Shown here in pieces: positions 1 to 10,238 of a DNA stretch of 64,000 nucleotides. The first letter of the stretch is position 1. Each line of letters opens with the position of its first letter. The notes beneath the pieces were generated by a model. The model made no database searches. It worked only from the letters and a program-made list of their open reading frames with translations, and was not told where the DNA came from. The DNA is from Nitrosopumilus sp. (GTDB taxonomy: Archaea; Thermoproteota; Nitrososphaeria; Nitrososphaerales; Nitrosopumilaceae), in NCBI GenBank assembly GCA_965207075.1, contig CBDBLO010000002.1, forward strand, positions 352,001-416,000, read 5' to 3'. A program made the position numbers and the translations under genes.

Positions 1-777
1 AGGTGGGCCGAGGCGCTCAGGGAGATGAGCGGCAGGCTCGAGGAGATGCCCGCCGAGGAGGGCTATCCGTCGTATCTGGCGTCCCGGCTTGCGGAGTTCT
101 ACGAGAGGGCAGGTCGCGTGAGGGCGGCCGGCAGCCCCGACAGGGACGGCTCGGTCACGCTGGTGGGCGCCGTCTCGCCGTCCGGCGGCGACTTTACGGA
201 GCCGGTCACGACCCACACCATGAGGTTCATAAAGACATTCTGGGCGCTCGACGCCAAGCTCGCCTACTCTAGGCACTATCCGTCCATCAACTGGATGAAC
301 AGTTACTCTGGGTATCTGGCCGACATCGCGAAATGGTGGGGACAGAACGTCAGCGAGGACTGGCTCGACCTCAGGTCCGACGCGTACGGCATACTGCAGC
401 GCGAGGACACACTCAAGGAGATCGTCCGGCTGCTCGGCCCCGAGGCCCTCCCAGACGAGGAGAAGCTAATCCTCGAGGTGGCCAGGATGATCAAGATCGG
501 ACTGCTGCAGCAGAACTCGTTTGACGACGTCGACACGTACTGCAGCCCCGACAAGCAGTACCGCCTGCTGAAGATGCTGGTGGAGTTCTACAAGAGGGGG
601 CAGACGGCGCTAAAGGAGGGCGCGGGGCTGGCCGACATCAGGGCCCTGCCGATTATAGGGTCGCTGCTAAAGGCCAGGATGGAGATAAAGGACGAGGAGA
701 CCCAGAAGCTTGACCAGCTCGGAGCACAGATGGCCGAGCAGTTCCAGGGAATAACGGGGGTAAAGGTTCCAAGTTGA
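1..777 (+). CDS. atpA: A/V-type ATP synthase subunit A, C-terminal part (5' truncated by window)
   Basis: [41 protein letters not shown] and HYPSINW motifs; frame open from position 1. Confidence 0.97.
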   Translation, partial: RWAEALREMSGRLEEMPAEEGYPSYLASRLAEFYERAGRVRAAGSPDRDGSVTLVGAVSPSGGDFTEPVTTHTMRFIKTFWALDAKLAYSRHYPSINWMNSYSGYLADIAKWWGQNVSEDWLDLRSDAYGILQREDTLKEIVRLLGPEALPDEEKLILEVARMIKIGLLQQNSFDDVDTYCSPDKQYRLLKMLVEFYKRGQTALKEGAGLADIRALPIIGSLLKARMEIKDEETQKLDQLGAQMAEQFQGITGVKVPS

Positions 778-2189
778 GCGGTTCTGAGGCGGCGGCTGCC
801 GCAGCCAACAAGGGCGGCGTCCAGTACAGCAAGATTGCCGAGATAAAGGGGCCCCTCGTCATCGTAGACGACGTGGAGAACGCCGCGTTCGACGAACTGG
901 TCGAGGTGGAGACCCGCGACGGCGAGAAGCGGCTGGGCAAGGTGCTCGAGGTGGGCAACGGCAAGGCCATAGTGCAGGTGTTTGAGGGGACCACTGGACT
1001 GTCCGTATCGGGGACCAACGCAAAGTTCGTGGGCAAGGTGATGGAGATGCCCGTCTCAAGGGAGGTGCTGGGCCGCGTCTTTGACGGGCTCGGGCGCCCA
1101 AAGGACGGCCTGCCGGACCCGATAGCGGACAGGTTCATCGACATCAACGGCGAGCCGATGAATCCGGAGCAGCGCGAATACCCCAAGGACTTCATACAGA
1201 CCGGCGTCTCGGTCATAGACGGCATGATCACCCTCGTACGGGGGCAGAAGCTTCCGATATTCTCGGGCTCCGGCATGTCGCACAACCTGCTTGCGGCCCA
1301 GATCGCGCGGCAGGCCGCGGTAATCGGCACGGACGACGAGTTTGCGGTGGTGTTTGCTGCCATCGGCGTCCAGTACAGCGAGGCCGAGTACTTCAAGCGC
1401 AGCCTAGAGGAGTCTGGCGCGCTGAAGAGGAGCGTGCTGTTCCTCAACCTAGCCGACGATCCGGCAATAGAGCGCATCATCACGCCGCGCGTGGCGCTCA
1501 CCGTGGCGGAGTACCTGGCATTCGATCTCGGGATGCACGTCCTGGTTATCCTTACCGACATGACGAACTACGCGGAGGCCCTCCGGGAGATCAGCGCGGC
1601 GCGGGAGGAGGTTCCCGGGCGCAAGGGATATCCCGGATACCTGTACACCGACCTGTCGACCATATACGAGAGGGCCGGCAAGCTGGTGGGCAAGAAGGGC
1701 AGCGTCACGCAGGTGCCCATCCTGTCCATGCCGTCTGATGACATTACGCACCCGATACCCGACCTGACCGGATACATCACGGAGGGGCAGATAGTGCTCG
1801 GCAGGGACCTGTTCAGGCAAGGCGTCTACCCGCCGGTCAATATACTGATGAGCCTCAGCCGCCTGATGAAAGACGGCATCGGCGAGGGCAGCACCCGCGA
1901 GGACCACGGCGAGATATCCAACCAGAACTACGACGCGTACTCTAGGGCGCAGGAGGTCAGGGCGCTTGCCGGCATAGTGGGCAAGGCCGGGCTTACCGAG
2001 ATCGACCTCAAGTATATGGGCGTGGGCGACACGTTTGAGAAGGAGTTCCTGTCCCAGTCCATAGACGAGAACCGCAACGTGGACGAGACGCTCTCAATCC
2101 TGTGGAAGGTGGTCTCGCAGCTGCCCAAAAACGAGCTTACGAAGGTAAAGGACAAGTACATGGACCAGTACTACCAGGGTACCGACTGA
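774..2189 (+). CDS. atpB: A/V-type ATP synthase subunit B
   Basis: [32 protein letters not shown] and [19 protein letters not shown] motifs. Confidence 0.97.
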   Translation: MSGSEAAAAAANKGGVQYSKIAEIKGPLVIVDDVENAAFDELVEVETRDGEKRLGKVLEVGNGKAIVQVFEGTTGLSVSGTNAKFVGKVMEMPVSREVLGRVFDGLGRPKDGLPDPIADRFIDINGEPMNPEQREYPKDFIQTGVSVIDGMITLVRGQKLPIFSGSGMSHNLLAAQIARQAAVIGTDDEFAVVFAAIGVQYSEAEYFKRSLEESGALKRSVLFLNLADDPAIERIITPRVALTVAEYLAFDLGMHVLVILTDMTNYAEALREISAAREEVPGRKGYPGYLYTDLSTIYERAGKLVGKKGSVTQVPILSMPSDDITHPIPDLTGYITEGQIVLGRDLFRQGVYPPVNILMSLSRLMKDGIGEGSTREDHGEISNQNYDAYSRAQEVRALAGIVGKAGLTEIDLKYMGVGDTFEKEFLSQSIDENRNVDETLSILWKVVSQLPKNELTKVKDKYMDQYYQGTD

Positions 2190-2206
2190 GAAGAGGTGGC
2201 GCGCCC

Positions 2207-2839
2207 ATGTCCTTTGGCCAGAACGTCGCTGCAACCAAGATCGAGCTCCTAAAGTACAAGCGCTCAAGCCAGGTTGCCACCATGGTCCAGAAGATACTCG
2301 ATGACAAGCGCAAGGTGCTGCTCAAGAACATAGAGGAGATGATAGACGAGGCCTCCAAGGCGCGCGGCGGCATATGGGACCCGCTCCAGGACATCTACAG
2401 GTCCGTCAACGAGGCGTACCTGGCCCTCGGGACGTCCACGGTCGACACGGTTGCAGAGTCCACCCCGCCCATAATGCAGGTCGACGTGTCGGTGCGCCGC
2501 GTGGTGGACGTAAAGATACCGGCGCTCTCGGTCACCGAAAAGGACGACGCGGGCATGCCGTACGGGTTTGCCGACACCAACTCCTCGATAGACAGGGGCG
2601 CAAAGCAGATCAAGGAGCTGCTGCCGAGCATATGCAAGGCCGCAGAGTACGAGAACTCGATATTCAGCCTGGCAAAGGCGCTCGAGAAGACCCAAAAGCT
2701 GCTCAACGCCCTCGAGAACGTGATCATACCCCAGTACCAGCAGCGCATCAGGTTCATACTTGCGACGCTGGAGGAGCGTGAACGCGAAGAGTTCGCAAAG
2801 TTAAAAAAAGTCAAGGCGGCCATGGAGAGTAGAAAGTAG
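2207..2839 (+). CDS. atpD: A/V-type ATP synthase subunit D
   Basis: ATKIELLKYK..LDDKRKVL and LEKTQKLLNALENVIIP..LEEREREEF motifs; start set at ATG 2207 after the atpB stop. Confidence 0.93.
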   Translation: MSFGQNVAATKIELLKYKRSSQVATMVQKILDDKRKVLLKNIEEMIDEASKARGGIWDPLQDIYRSVNEAYLALGTSTVDTVAESTPPIMQVDVSVRRVVDVKIPALSVTEKDDAGMPYGFADTNSSIDRGAKQIKELLPSICKAAEYENSIFSLAKALEKTQKLLNALENVIIPQYQQRIRFILATLEEREREEFAKLKKVKAAMESRK

Positions 2840-2840
2840 C

Positions 2841-2978
2841 ATGCCAAGGGACGACATCAGGGATCTTGTAAAGGACTCCAAGAAATCGGTGGAGCAGGAC
2901 CGCAAAAAGTTCGCGGACTCTGTAAGGAAAGATCTAGAGTCGTTCAAGAAAAAGGCCCTCGAGGACATCAGCAGCTGA
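2841..2978 (+). CDS. 45-aa charged helical protein in the ATP synthase operon (not in ORF track)
   Basis: ATG 1 nt after the atpD stop; MPRDDIRDLVKDSKKSVEQDRKKFADSVRKDLESFKKKALEDISS*. Confidence 0.6.
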   Translation: MPRDDIRDLVKDSKKSVEQDRKKFADSVRKDLESFKKKALEDISS

Positions 2979-3068
2979 GCCTGCCGCCCGTCCGATCCGC
3001 GCACGCGTTGTTCCCGCCCTGCCTGCAAAGCAGCGCCGCCGCGCTTTTGCCCCAACTTGTTATCATGA

Positions 3069-3076
3069 TTTAAATA
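3069..3076 (+). promoter_or_regulatory. Archaeal TATA box for atpK
   Basis: TTTAAATA ending ~28 nt before ATG 3104, in an otherwise GC-rich context. Confidence 0.6.
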
Positions 3077-3103
3077 AGGACTTTCGAGAGGCCACAACAT
3101 AAC

Positions 3104-3415
3104 ATGAAGCCAATAACGCTGGTACTTTTTGCAATAGCGGCAATATCGGTTGTCGGCTCGACCGGCCTTGCATATGCTGCTGAGGACGGCGCATCATCGA
3201 CAGGCTCCGACTCTATGAAGATCCTCGGAGCCGGGCTGGCCTTTGGTCTTGCGGCCTTTGGTGCAGGAATCGGCCTCGGCCAGGTAGGAGCGGCAGGACT
3301 TGCTGTAATCAGTGAGAACCCGGCACTACAGTCAAAGGTGTTCATCTTTATAGGCATGGTAGAGTCGATCGCCATATACGGCATCGTCATGATGTTCATC
3401 ATCCTGGGACAGTAA
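3104..3415 (+). CDS. atpK: ATP synthase subunit c/K (proteolipid) with signal-peptide-like N-terminal extension
   Basis: GAGLAFGLAAFGAGIGLG hairpin; conserved Glu in MVESIAIYG. Confidence 0.95.
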   Translation: MKPITLVLFAIAAISVVGSTGLAYAAEDGASSTGSDSMKILGAGLAFGLAAFGAGIGLGQVGAAGLAVISENPALQSKVFIFIGMVESIAIYGIVMMFIILGQ

Positions 3416-3510
3416 GGCTCGCGGTACTTTCTTCCTATCCACAAATTTTTCTCTCTAGTGTTGTGCGGCCAGCCGCGCGGCCGGCCCCATGCGGCGCGCC
3501 CGCCGGGCTG

Positions 3511-3972
3511 CTAGTTGTACCTGAGCCTGTCCACGTCGAGGGTTCTCGAGCAGTACCTGCACCTGAGCACCCGCCCCTCCCTGTCTATCACGTCCATTAC
3601 GGACTCTATCTTTTCTGCGCTGTTGGTGACGCAGTCGGGGTTGCCGCACCTGAATATGCGGTCGATCTCGTTTGGCAGCGAGACGCGGCGCTTCTCGACG
3701 AGCCTGTATTCCTTTATCATGTTGATGGTGGCCTTGGGGGCTATGACCGCCAGCTTGTTGGTGTCGTCGTCCTTGAGGAACCTGCCCTCCACCTTTATGA
3801 TGTCCTTTTTCTTGAACTTGCCGCTCGGTACGTTGAGGGCTATGGTAATCAGGCTGCCGTCGCTGCCGTCTATCTGCAGGGCGTCAAGCACCTTGAGGCC
3901 CATCCCCTCGTCTATGTGGTCTATCACGGTGCCCTCCCTTATCCGCCTTACAAGCAGCTCGGACTGCTCCAT
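3511..3972 (-). CDS. pyrI: Aspartate carbamoyltransferase regulatory chain
   Basis: IREGTVIDHI, KKDIIKVE, CGNPDCVTN and CRYC zinc motifs. Confidence 0.96.
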   Translation of the reverse strand: MEQSELLVRRIREGTVIDHIDEGMGLKVLDALQIDGSDGSLITIALNVPSGKFKKKDIIKVEGRFLKDDDTNKLAVIAPKATINMIKEYRLVEKRRVSLPNEIDRIFRCGNPDCVTNSAEKIESVMDVIDREGRVLRCRYCSRTLDVDRLRYN

Positions 3973-4000
3973 CAAAATATTTTATACTCACCTCTATATA

Positions 4001-4957
4001 ATGCTGAAAGTGGACAAACACGACTCGGAAAACGGGTTCTACCGGCGCGACGTCATATCGGTAAAGGATCTCGACCGCGCGCAGTTTGAGACCCTGTTTG
4101 CCGCCACGGAGCGCGTCATGAGCATGACGCCCGAGCAGCGCAGGACGCTCTGCGCCGGCTCCACCCTGGGGTACCTCTTTTACGAGCCGAGCACGAGGAC
4201 GAGGCTGAGCTTTGACGCGGCGATGGCCTCCGTGGGCGGCAGCTCGCTTGGCATATCGGACGTCTCCTCGTCGTCCGCGCACAAGGGCGAGAGCCTTGCA
4301 GACACGGTGCGCATGATGTCGATCTATTCTGACGTGCTGGTGCTGCGGCACAAGCTGGACGGCTCCAGCAGGTTTGCATCCGAGGTGTCCTCAAAGCCCG
4401 TCATCAACGCGGGAAGCGGCACAGAGGAGCACCCGACACAGGCAATCCAGGACCTCTTCACCATCAGGCAGGAGAAGAGGAAGATAGACGGGCTGAAGAT
4501 AGGGATAATCGGGGACCTAAAGTACGGCCGCACCGTATACTCGCTGCTGTACGGCCTCGGTAACTATGACGTGGACGTGCGGCTGATCTCGCCAGAGCCC
4601 CTCAAGATCAGGTCGGACTCCACCTACGAGATCAGAAAGAGGCTCGAGTTTGTGGAATCCTCGGACATATCGGACCACATAGAGGAGCTTGACGTGCTGT
4701 ATGTCACCAGGATACAAAAGGAGAGGTTCCCGGACGCCGAGGAGTACCTCAAGGTAAAGGGGAGCTACGTGGTGGGGCTTGACATGCTGCGCCAGATGAA
4801 GAGGGACGCGATAATAATGCACCCGCTGCCGCGCGTCGACGAGATATCGCCGGACGTGGACGCGACTGACAATGCAAAATACTTTAGGCAGGCCGAGTAC
4901 GGAATGCACACGCGCGCGGCGCTACTGGCCGTCATGCTGAACGAGAAGGGCGTCTGA
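4001..4957 (+). CDS. pyrB: Aspartate carbamoyltransferase catalytic chain
   Basis: FYEPSTRTRLSF, HPTQ and MHPLPRVDEI motifs; start is ATG 4001 or GTG 4010. Confidence 0.96.
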   Translation: MLKVDKHDSENGFYRRDVISVKDLDRAQFETLFAATERVMSMTPEQRRTLCAGSTLGYLFYEPSTRTRLSFDAAMASVGGSSLGISDVSSSSAHKGESLADTVRMMSIYSDVLVLRHKLDGSSRFASEVSSKPVINAGSGTEEHPTQAIQDLFTIRQEKRKIDGLKIGIIGDLKYGRTVYSLLYGLGNYDVDVRLISPEPLKIRSDSTYEIRKRLEFVESSDISDHIEELDVLYVTRIQKERFPDAEEYLKVKGSYVVGLDMLRQMKRDAIIMHPLPRVDEISPDVDATDNAKYFRQAEYGMHTRAALLAVMLNEKGV

Positions 4958-5129
4958 GCGGCGCCGCGCCGGCCGTCGTACGATCTGCGCTTGTGCCCGC
5001 CCATGCTCTCGCCCCCGCCCCCACTGCCGTCATCAGGGCCACGTACCGTCTCCCGCTTCCCCCGCAATGACCCTCGGCATCGCCCCGGCTGCTTGATATA
5101 TACGCCTGAACTAGCGCCGTATCCTTGGC

Positions 5130-5849
5130 GTGCCGACAGAAAAGGTTATCCCGATATTCCCGCTTGACTTGGTGCTCTTCCCCCGGCAGGAGCTTCCGCT
5201 GCGCGTCTTTGAGCCGCGGTACAAGCAGCTTGTGGATGACTGCATGCTGGGGGACGGGCAGTTCGGGGCGTGTCTGGTAAGGGACGGCGGATCCGTGCTT
5301 GGATGGAGCATGCCGCACTCGGTCGGGACCATCGCCAAGATCATAAGGTGCAAGGACGTCGGGCTTGACGGGCTGCAGCTGCAGATAGAGACCGTCGGGC
5401 GTAACCCGTTTCGCATAAACGAGATTATAGAACCGTCCATACCACAGCCCCGGGACTATGACCCGCTGTCTGCAGAAGGGCACGAGATCGTATCCGAGAT
5501 GAACGACAAGATGGGCTCGGGCGGCAAGATGTACATCCGCGCCAAGGTTACGATGCTGCCTGAGATCGACGGCAGCATCCCGCTTGACTCGTGGGAGAAC
5601 CTGGTCTTTTTGTGGAAGAAGAACATAAAACACCAGGCGACGTCCGACGACGTCACGCCCGGCGCGCTTGACGAGATGCTGAGGCGCTTTTACCTCGCCA
5701 CGGACACCCCCACCGCGGAGTACGTGTACAGCCTGTGCGCGCTCGCGTCCACGGGCCCCGTCGATCTCCAGGACCTGCTGGAGGCCGAATCGGCCGGCGA
5801 CCTTCTGGGAAGGGCCGAGCGCCTGATGAGGCGCGGCTTGTCCGCCTAG
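5130..5849 (+). CDS. Stand-alone LON peptidase substrate-binding domain protein
   Basis: IPIFPLDLVLFPRQELPLRVFEPRYKQLVDDC signature. Confidence 0.85.
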   Translation: MPTEKVIPIFPLDLVLFPRQELPLRVFEPRYKQLVDDCMLGDGQFGACLVRDGGSVLGWSMPHSVGTIAKIIRCKDVGLDGLQLQIETVGRNPFRINEIIEPSIPQPRDYDPLSAEGHEIVSEMNDKMGSGGKMYIRAKVTMLPEIDGSIPLDSWENLVFLWKKNIKHQATSDDVTPGALDEMLRRFYLATDTPTAEYVYSLCALASTGPVDLQDLLEAESAGDLLGRAERLMRRGLSA

Positions 5850-6101
5850 GCCCCCCATAGCGGTGGTCTGGCCTGCCCGCAAGGGCCCGCGCGGCCGGCG
5901 TGTGCGGCAGACCGCGCGCTGGAAAATTAACTAGTTATACCTCAGAATACAGCACAAGGGCGAGAAGGTTTGGTTTGTGGGCATGACGGCGTTTTGCGTG
6001 TACGGCACGGTTCGGGCCGCGCCGCGGCAGCCCCCGAAGCCGGCAGCCCCCGCATGATTGCGCGCGGCCGCGTCGGGCGCGACAGGCATGGCAAGGGCGC
6101 C

Positions 6102-7625
6102 ATGCAGCTCTCGGGAACCGGCCGGATGCCGCCGACGCCTGCAGTGGTAGTGATGGCGGTCGCGGTAGCCGCACTGTTCGCGGTAGCCGCACCGCAGCCC
6201 CTTCCGGACGTGCCGCTCCCGCCACACGATGGCGCGCCGACCGCCCCCGGGTCGGTGCTGGGAGGCATTATACTGCCCCCGGCATACGGGCACGGACTGG
6301 GGCTTGACCGCATACCGTCAGTCGTGGCCGGGGACCAAAAGATCGTGATACACGTCGAGATGCCACAGGAGCTTGCGGACAATTCGGCCACGGAACGAAT
6401 CACCATCACTGCCACGGACGCCACGACACGCCAGCCTGCCGGGGGGGACATCATATACCGGCTTGGCGCATCGCACGGCGGCCAGACGGTATTCCGGGAC
6501 TACTTTCTTGCGCCTGACGGCGTGCTTGCGCTTGACGTGGAGGCCGCCCGCGGCGACAACCCGGTCATAGTCGGGGAGCGGGGCGGCGGCGGGCCCCTTC
6601 CTGACGCATGGCGCCCCGCCGGCGACAACCCGGTCAGGATAGACGGATCCGCCTTTGGCCACGGCGGGCTCTACACCTTTGATGTCGCAGTGCATGCCAT
6701 AGGGGGGGACGTGATTACAGAGTCCGACACGTATTATGCCGATCTGAGCATCATCGAGTCCGCAGCCCATGCTGGAACCGGCTCTGACGGAAGCCCGGTC
6801 GCATTCGGAACAAAATCCTACTTTGATCAGATTGAAAGCCTCGAGTACAACGCCGAGTCGGGCCTCATAACCATCGTAATGCCGTTTGACTGGAGCGAGG
6901 CCCGGATGTCGCACATACCGGTGGTTCACGTGGAGACGCACTTCCCAAAGGGCTTTCTAGAGTTCCACTCGCCGGGCTACGAGGGATACGCCAACGGCGT
7001 AAAGCTCTTCAGGGCGTCGGTCATCACGGACGACTACACGCTGGAGGACGAGAGGATAGTGCATTTCGTCCTCCTTCAGGATCACACAAGATTTATCAAG
7101 AACGAGATGAAGAAGACCGGCGAGCCGTTCCCGGACAGCATCACGTTCACGCTCGCCATGGCCGAGGAGCTGGAGTTCCCGCTGGTCGCATACACGATAA
7201 GCGAGGAGTTTCTCGTCAACCTGTCGTGGGATCCGCCTGAGATACTTCCCGGGGAGGAGACCACGTTCGTGTTTACCATACGCGACGGGCGGACCGGCGA
7301 GCCGCTCCGGAACTCGGATTACACGTTTGTGATAGAGCAGGGCGGAGACGAGATACACCGCACGTCGGGCCAGGCGCGAATCGGGGGGCAGTTTGTAAAG
7401 TTCACCTTTGCCGAGGATCAGACGGGGCCCACCACGATAAAGTTCGAGGATATACGCGGTACCGGGCAGGAGACCGAGTTTGGCATTCTGGTGGTGCCCG
7501 AGTTTGGGGCGGTCGCGGCAGCGATGCTTGCAGCGGCCGGCGCCACTGCCGTCGCAATGTATGCCGCGTCAAGATATAACGTGCGCGCGAAACGCGCAGA
7601 ACCGGCGCTGCTGCCTGCCGCGTAA
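6102..7625 (+). CDS. Secreted PEFG-CTERM sorting-domain protein (paralog 1 of the YFD/MPFxW/VHxE family)
   Basis: Hydrophobic N-terminus, AYG|HGLG, C-terminal VVPEFG + TM + basic tail; start uncertain (5970-6126). Confidence 0.85.
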   Translation: MQLSGTGRMPPTPAVVVMAVAVAALFAVAAPQPLPDVPLPPHDGAPTAPGSVLGGIILPPAYGHGLGLDRIPSVVAGDQKIVIHVEMPQELADNSATERITITATDATTRQPAGGDIIYRLGASHGGQTVFRDYFLAPDGVLALDVEAARGDNPVIVGERGGGGPLPDAWRPAGDNPVRIDGSAFGHGGLYTFDVAVHAIGGDVITESDTYYADLSIIESAAHAGTGSDGSPVAFGTKSYFDQIESLEYNAESGLITIVMPFDWSEARMSHIPVVHVETHFPKGFLEFHSPGYEGYANGVKLFRASVITDDYTLEDERIVHFVLLQDHTRFIKNEMKKTGEPFPDSITFTLAMAEELEFPLVAYTISEEFLVNLSWDPPEILPGEETTFVFTIRDGRTGEPLRNSDYTFVIEQGGDEIHRTSGQARIGGQFVKFTFAEDQTGPTTIKFEDIRGTGQETEFGILVVPEFGAVAAAMLAAAGATAVAMYAASRYNVRAKRAEPALLPAA

Positions 7626-7655
7626 CCGGCGCCTCCCGTATTGCCGCCGGCCCCT

Positions 7656-8039
7656 TCAGAACGCGACTATCTTCACCGTGTCCATGTACCTGTTTGTGGT
7701 GTACTTGGCCGTCATCTCGGTGATCAGCTTTGCGTTACCCCTCAGCACGAAGAGCTCCATGCACTTTTTGCCGTCTATCTTGCTGTGCATGCGGGTTGTT
7801 ATCATGTCCTCGTAGTCCTTGCTGAGGTCCGACGCGACATTGTCAAAGTCGTCGTCGTGCAGCACGAGCAGTATCGAGTTTATGTCGCCGCTCATCTCTG
7901 CCTTTTGCTTCTCCTCGGAGATGAATGACCTGATCCCCGCCCTGATTATCTCCGAGCGTCCAGAAAAGCCCAGCGCTTCCCTGTACGCGTCAATCTCAGA
8001 GAGGATCTGATCGTTCAGGGAGATCGAGATGATCGACAT
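7656..8039 (-). CDS. NikR-like ribbon-helix-helix/ACT metal-responsive regulator
   Basis: IISISLN..GFSGRSEIIRAGIR RHH domain plus MHSKIDGKKCMELFVLRG NikR C-terminal-like motif. Confidence 0.88.
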   Translation of the reverse strand: MSIISISLNDQILSEIDAYREALGFSGRSEIIRAGIRSFISEEKQKAEMSGDINSILLVLHDDDFDNVASDLSKDYEDMITTRMHSKIDGKKCMELFVLRGNAKLITEMTAKYTTNRYMDTVKIVAF

Positions 8040-8064
8040 ATGTCATATTATTAACATTAATCTT

Positions 8065-8102
8065 ATAAGTTTTTACTATTTATTATTAAGTTAAAAACTT
8101 AT
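8065..8102. promoter_or_regulatory. 11-bp perfect inverted repeat overlapping the divergent TATA/BRE elements of the regulator and znuA
   Basis: ATAAGTTTTTA-N16-TAAAAACTTAT. Confidence 0.6.
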
Positions 8103-8127
8103 TAATAACTACTTATGGCCGTTAAAT

Positions 8128-9417
8128 ATGCTGTCCAAGGCGGTCTACGCGGGTATCGCGATCGCAGTGGTAATTCCGCTTGCCATATTTGCCGTATACA
8201 GCACCACTATAGAGCCGGAACCGGCAGATGTGCAAGATGTGGCTCCGGCAGAGGAGCCGAAGATACTCGTATTATCATCGTTTTATCCAATTGAGCAGTT
8301 TGTAAGTAATGTTGGCGGGGACAGGATCGAGTCGGAACTGGTCCTGCCGCCGGGCGCCGAGCCGCATGACTGGGAGCCCACCGTCAGGGACGTCCAGGAC
8401 ATGAGGAGAGCGGACGTTGTCGTGATTAACGGAGGCGGGTTTGAGACGTGGGTGGAGAGCCTGCACGACGTCGGATTCGAGGGCGTCTTGGTTGATACTA
8501 GTAAAGGAATAGAGTTGATGGAAGCAGTGGAGGGCGCGCATGACCACGGCCATGGCGATGATGACGACCACGGCATGGAGGCCAAGGAGGACGACCACGA
8601 TGACGATGACGACCACGGCATGGAGGCCAAGGAGGACGACCACGATGACGATGACGACCACGGCATGGAGGCCAAGGAGGACGACCACGATGACGATGAC
8701 GACCACGGCATGGAGGCCAAGGAGGACGACCACGATGACGATGACGACCACGGCATGGAGGCCAAGGAGGACGACCACGATGACGATGACGACCACGGCA
8801 TGGAGGCCAAGGAGGACGACCACGATGACGATGACGACCACGGCATGGAGGCCAAGGAGGACGACCACGATGACGATGACGACCACCACGACGATGAGTT
8901 GTTCGGCGATCCGCACATCTGGCTGAACCCGGTTCTCGTCCAGATACAGGTACAGCATATCGCCGACGGGCTCTCAGAGGCCGATCCCAAGAACGCTGAC
9001 TACTATCAGGCAAACGCCGACAGGTACATCGCAGAGCTGCAGCAGCTGGACTCTGACATCAGGACCGGATTGGAGTCGTGTTCGCGTGAGTTTGTAGCGT
9101 TCCACCAGGCGTTTACCTATTTTACATTGGAATATGACCTAGTCCAGCACACCATACTAAAGGCGGCGACCCCTCACAGTGATGTCGCCCCGGGAACACT
9201 CAGGGACGTGATTGAGACTGCCAGGGCGCAGGGCATAGACATCATATTCACCGAAGAGGCAGTCGATCCCAGGACCGCACAGGTTGTTGCAGACGAGATA
9301 GGCGGGCGCGTTATGGTCCTGTCACCGCTCGAGATTGGAGAGCCCGGCGAGACATACATATCCAAAATGTACCAAAACCTTGAGAACCTTCAGGTGGCAT
9401 TATGTCAAGACCAATAG
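8128..9417 (+). CDS. znuA: Zn/Mn ABC transporter substrate-binding protein (copy 1)
   Basis: GAEPHDWEP, DPHIWLNP and FHQAF ligand motifs; His/Asp-rich loop. Confidence 0.92.
   Translation: MLSKAVYAGIAIAVVIPLAIFAVYSTTIEPEPADVQDVAPAEEPKILVLSSFYPIEQFVSNVGGDRIESELVLPPGAEPHDWEPTVRDVQDMRRADVVVINGGGFETWVESLHDVGFEGVLVDTSKGIELMEAVEGAHDHGHGDDDDHGMEAKEDDHDDDDDHGMEAKEDDHDDDDDHGMEAKEDDHDDDDDHGMEAKEDDHDDDDDHGMEAKEDDHDDDDDHGMEAKEDDHDDDDDHGMEAKEDDHDDDDDHHDDELFGDPHIWLNPVLVQIQVQHIADGLSEADPKNADYYQANADRYIAELQQLDSDIRTGLESCSREFVAFHQAFTYFTLEYDLVQHTILKAATPHSDVAPGTLRDVIETARAQGIDIIFTEEAVDPRTAQVVADEIGGRVMVLSPLEIGEPGETYISKMYQNLENLQVALCQDQ
8569..8883 (+). repeat. 45-bp tandem repeat x7 encoding HGMEAKEDDHDDDDD
   Basis: Identical units read directly from the sequence. 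Confidence 0.95.
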
Positions 9418-10169
9418 AGGTATCCAACCTGAGCGCGGGCTATGCCGGAGTGCAGGCCCTTGAGGGCGTGTCATTTGGCGTGGACCAGGGCGAGTTTCTT
9501 GGCATAATAGGGCCCAACGGGGCGGGCAAGTCCACGCTCTTTGCATGCATGCTTGGGCTCAACACACAGTATACCGGCACGATACGGGTATTCGGGCAGA
9601 ACATACACAGGTCCAAGGGTCCGCTAAAAAAGATCGGGTACGTGCCGCAGATGATGCACTTTGAGCGAAACTTTCCCGTTACGGTCCGGGAGGTGATACA
9701 GCTGGGAATGTGGCACGGAGTCCAAGAGGAGCGCGTAGACGAGGTAATGCGCGAGCTGTGGATACATGAGCTTGCAGACCGGCGGATCGGGGAGCTCTCG
9801 GGGGGGCAACAGCAGCGCGTCTTTATTGCAAAGGCCATAGTAAATGATCCCAAGATGCTCATCCTAGACGAGCCCGTCACGGGCATAGACCAGGCCAGCA
9901 TGAGCCTGTTTTATGGAATACTGAAGGACCTCAACTTAAACCACGGAATAACCATCATGTGGTCATCGCACGACCTCGACGCCATAAAATTGATGTCAAG
10001 CCATGTGGCATGCCTGAACCGCACACTGTACTTTCACGGCGCCGCCAAGGAGTTCTTCGCTGACGAGAAGCTGGCGCAGATCATGTGCCAGTGCACCGAC
10101 CCCTCCGAGTGCATGGAGCACAACCCCGGCATCGCCGAACCCCAGCCCATAAGAAACGAAGCCTCGTGA
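9402..10169 (+). CDS. znuC: Metal ABC transporter ATP-binding protein
   Basis: GPNGAGKST, LSGGQQQRV, LILDEP and SHD motifs. Confidence 0.92.
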   Translation: MSRPIEVSNLSAGYAGVQALEGVSFGVDQGEFLGIIGPNGAGKSTLFACMLGLNTQYTGTIRVFGQNIHRSKGPLKKIGYVPQMMHFERNFPVTVREVIQLGMWHGVQEERVDEVMRELWIHELADRRIGELSGGQQQRVFIAKAIVNDPKMLILDEPVTGIDQASMSLFYGILKDLNLNHGITIMWSSHDLDAIKLMSSHVACLNRTLYFHGAAKEFFADEKLAQIMCQCTDPSECMEHNPGIAEPQPIRNEAS

Positions 10170-10238
10170 CACTGGTGGGCGGTTGCAGGTGACGATGGCC
10201 ATGACAGCGACAGGCAGCAGCGCGTGTGGGGGAACGTA

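Noticed and set aside
3515-4000. 160-aa N-terminal extension of PyrB (and similar extensions at 2102, 22049, 27519, 37469, 49583)
   Set aside because: The extensions overlap real genes or promoters; downstream starts match the family N-termini.
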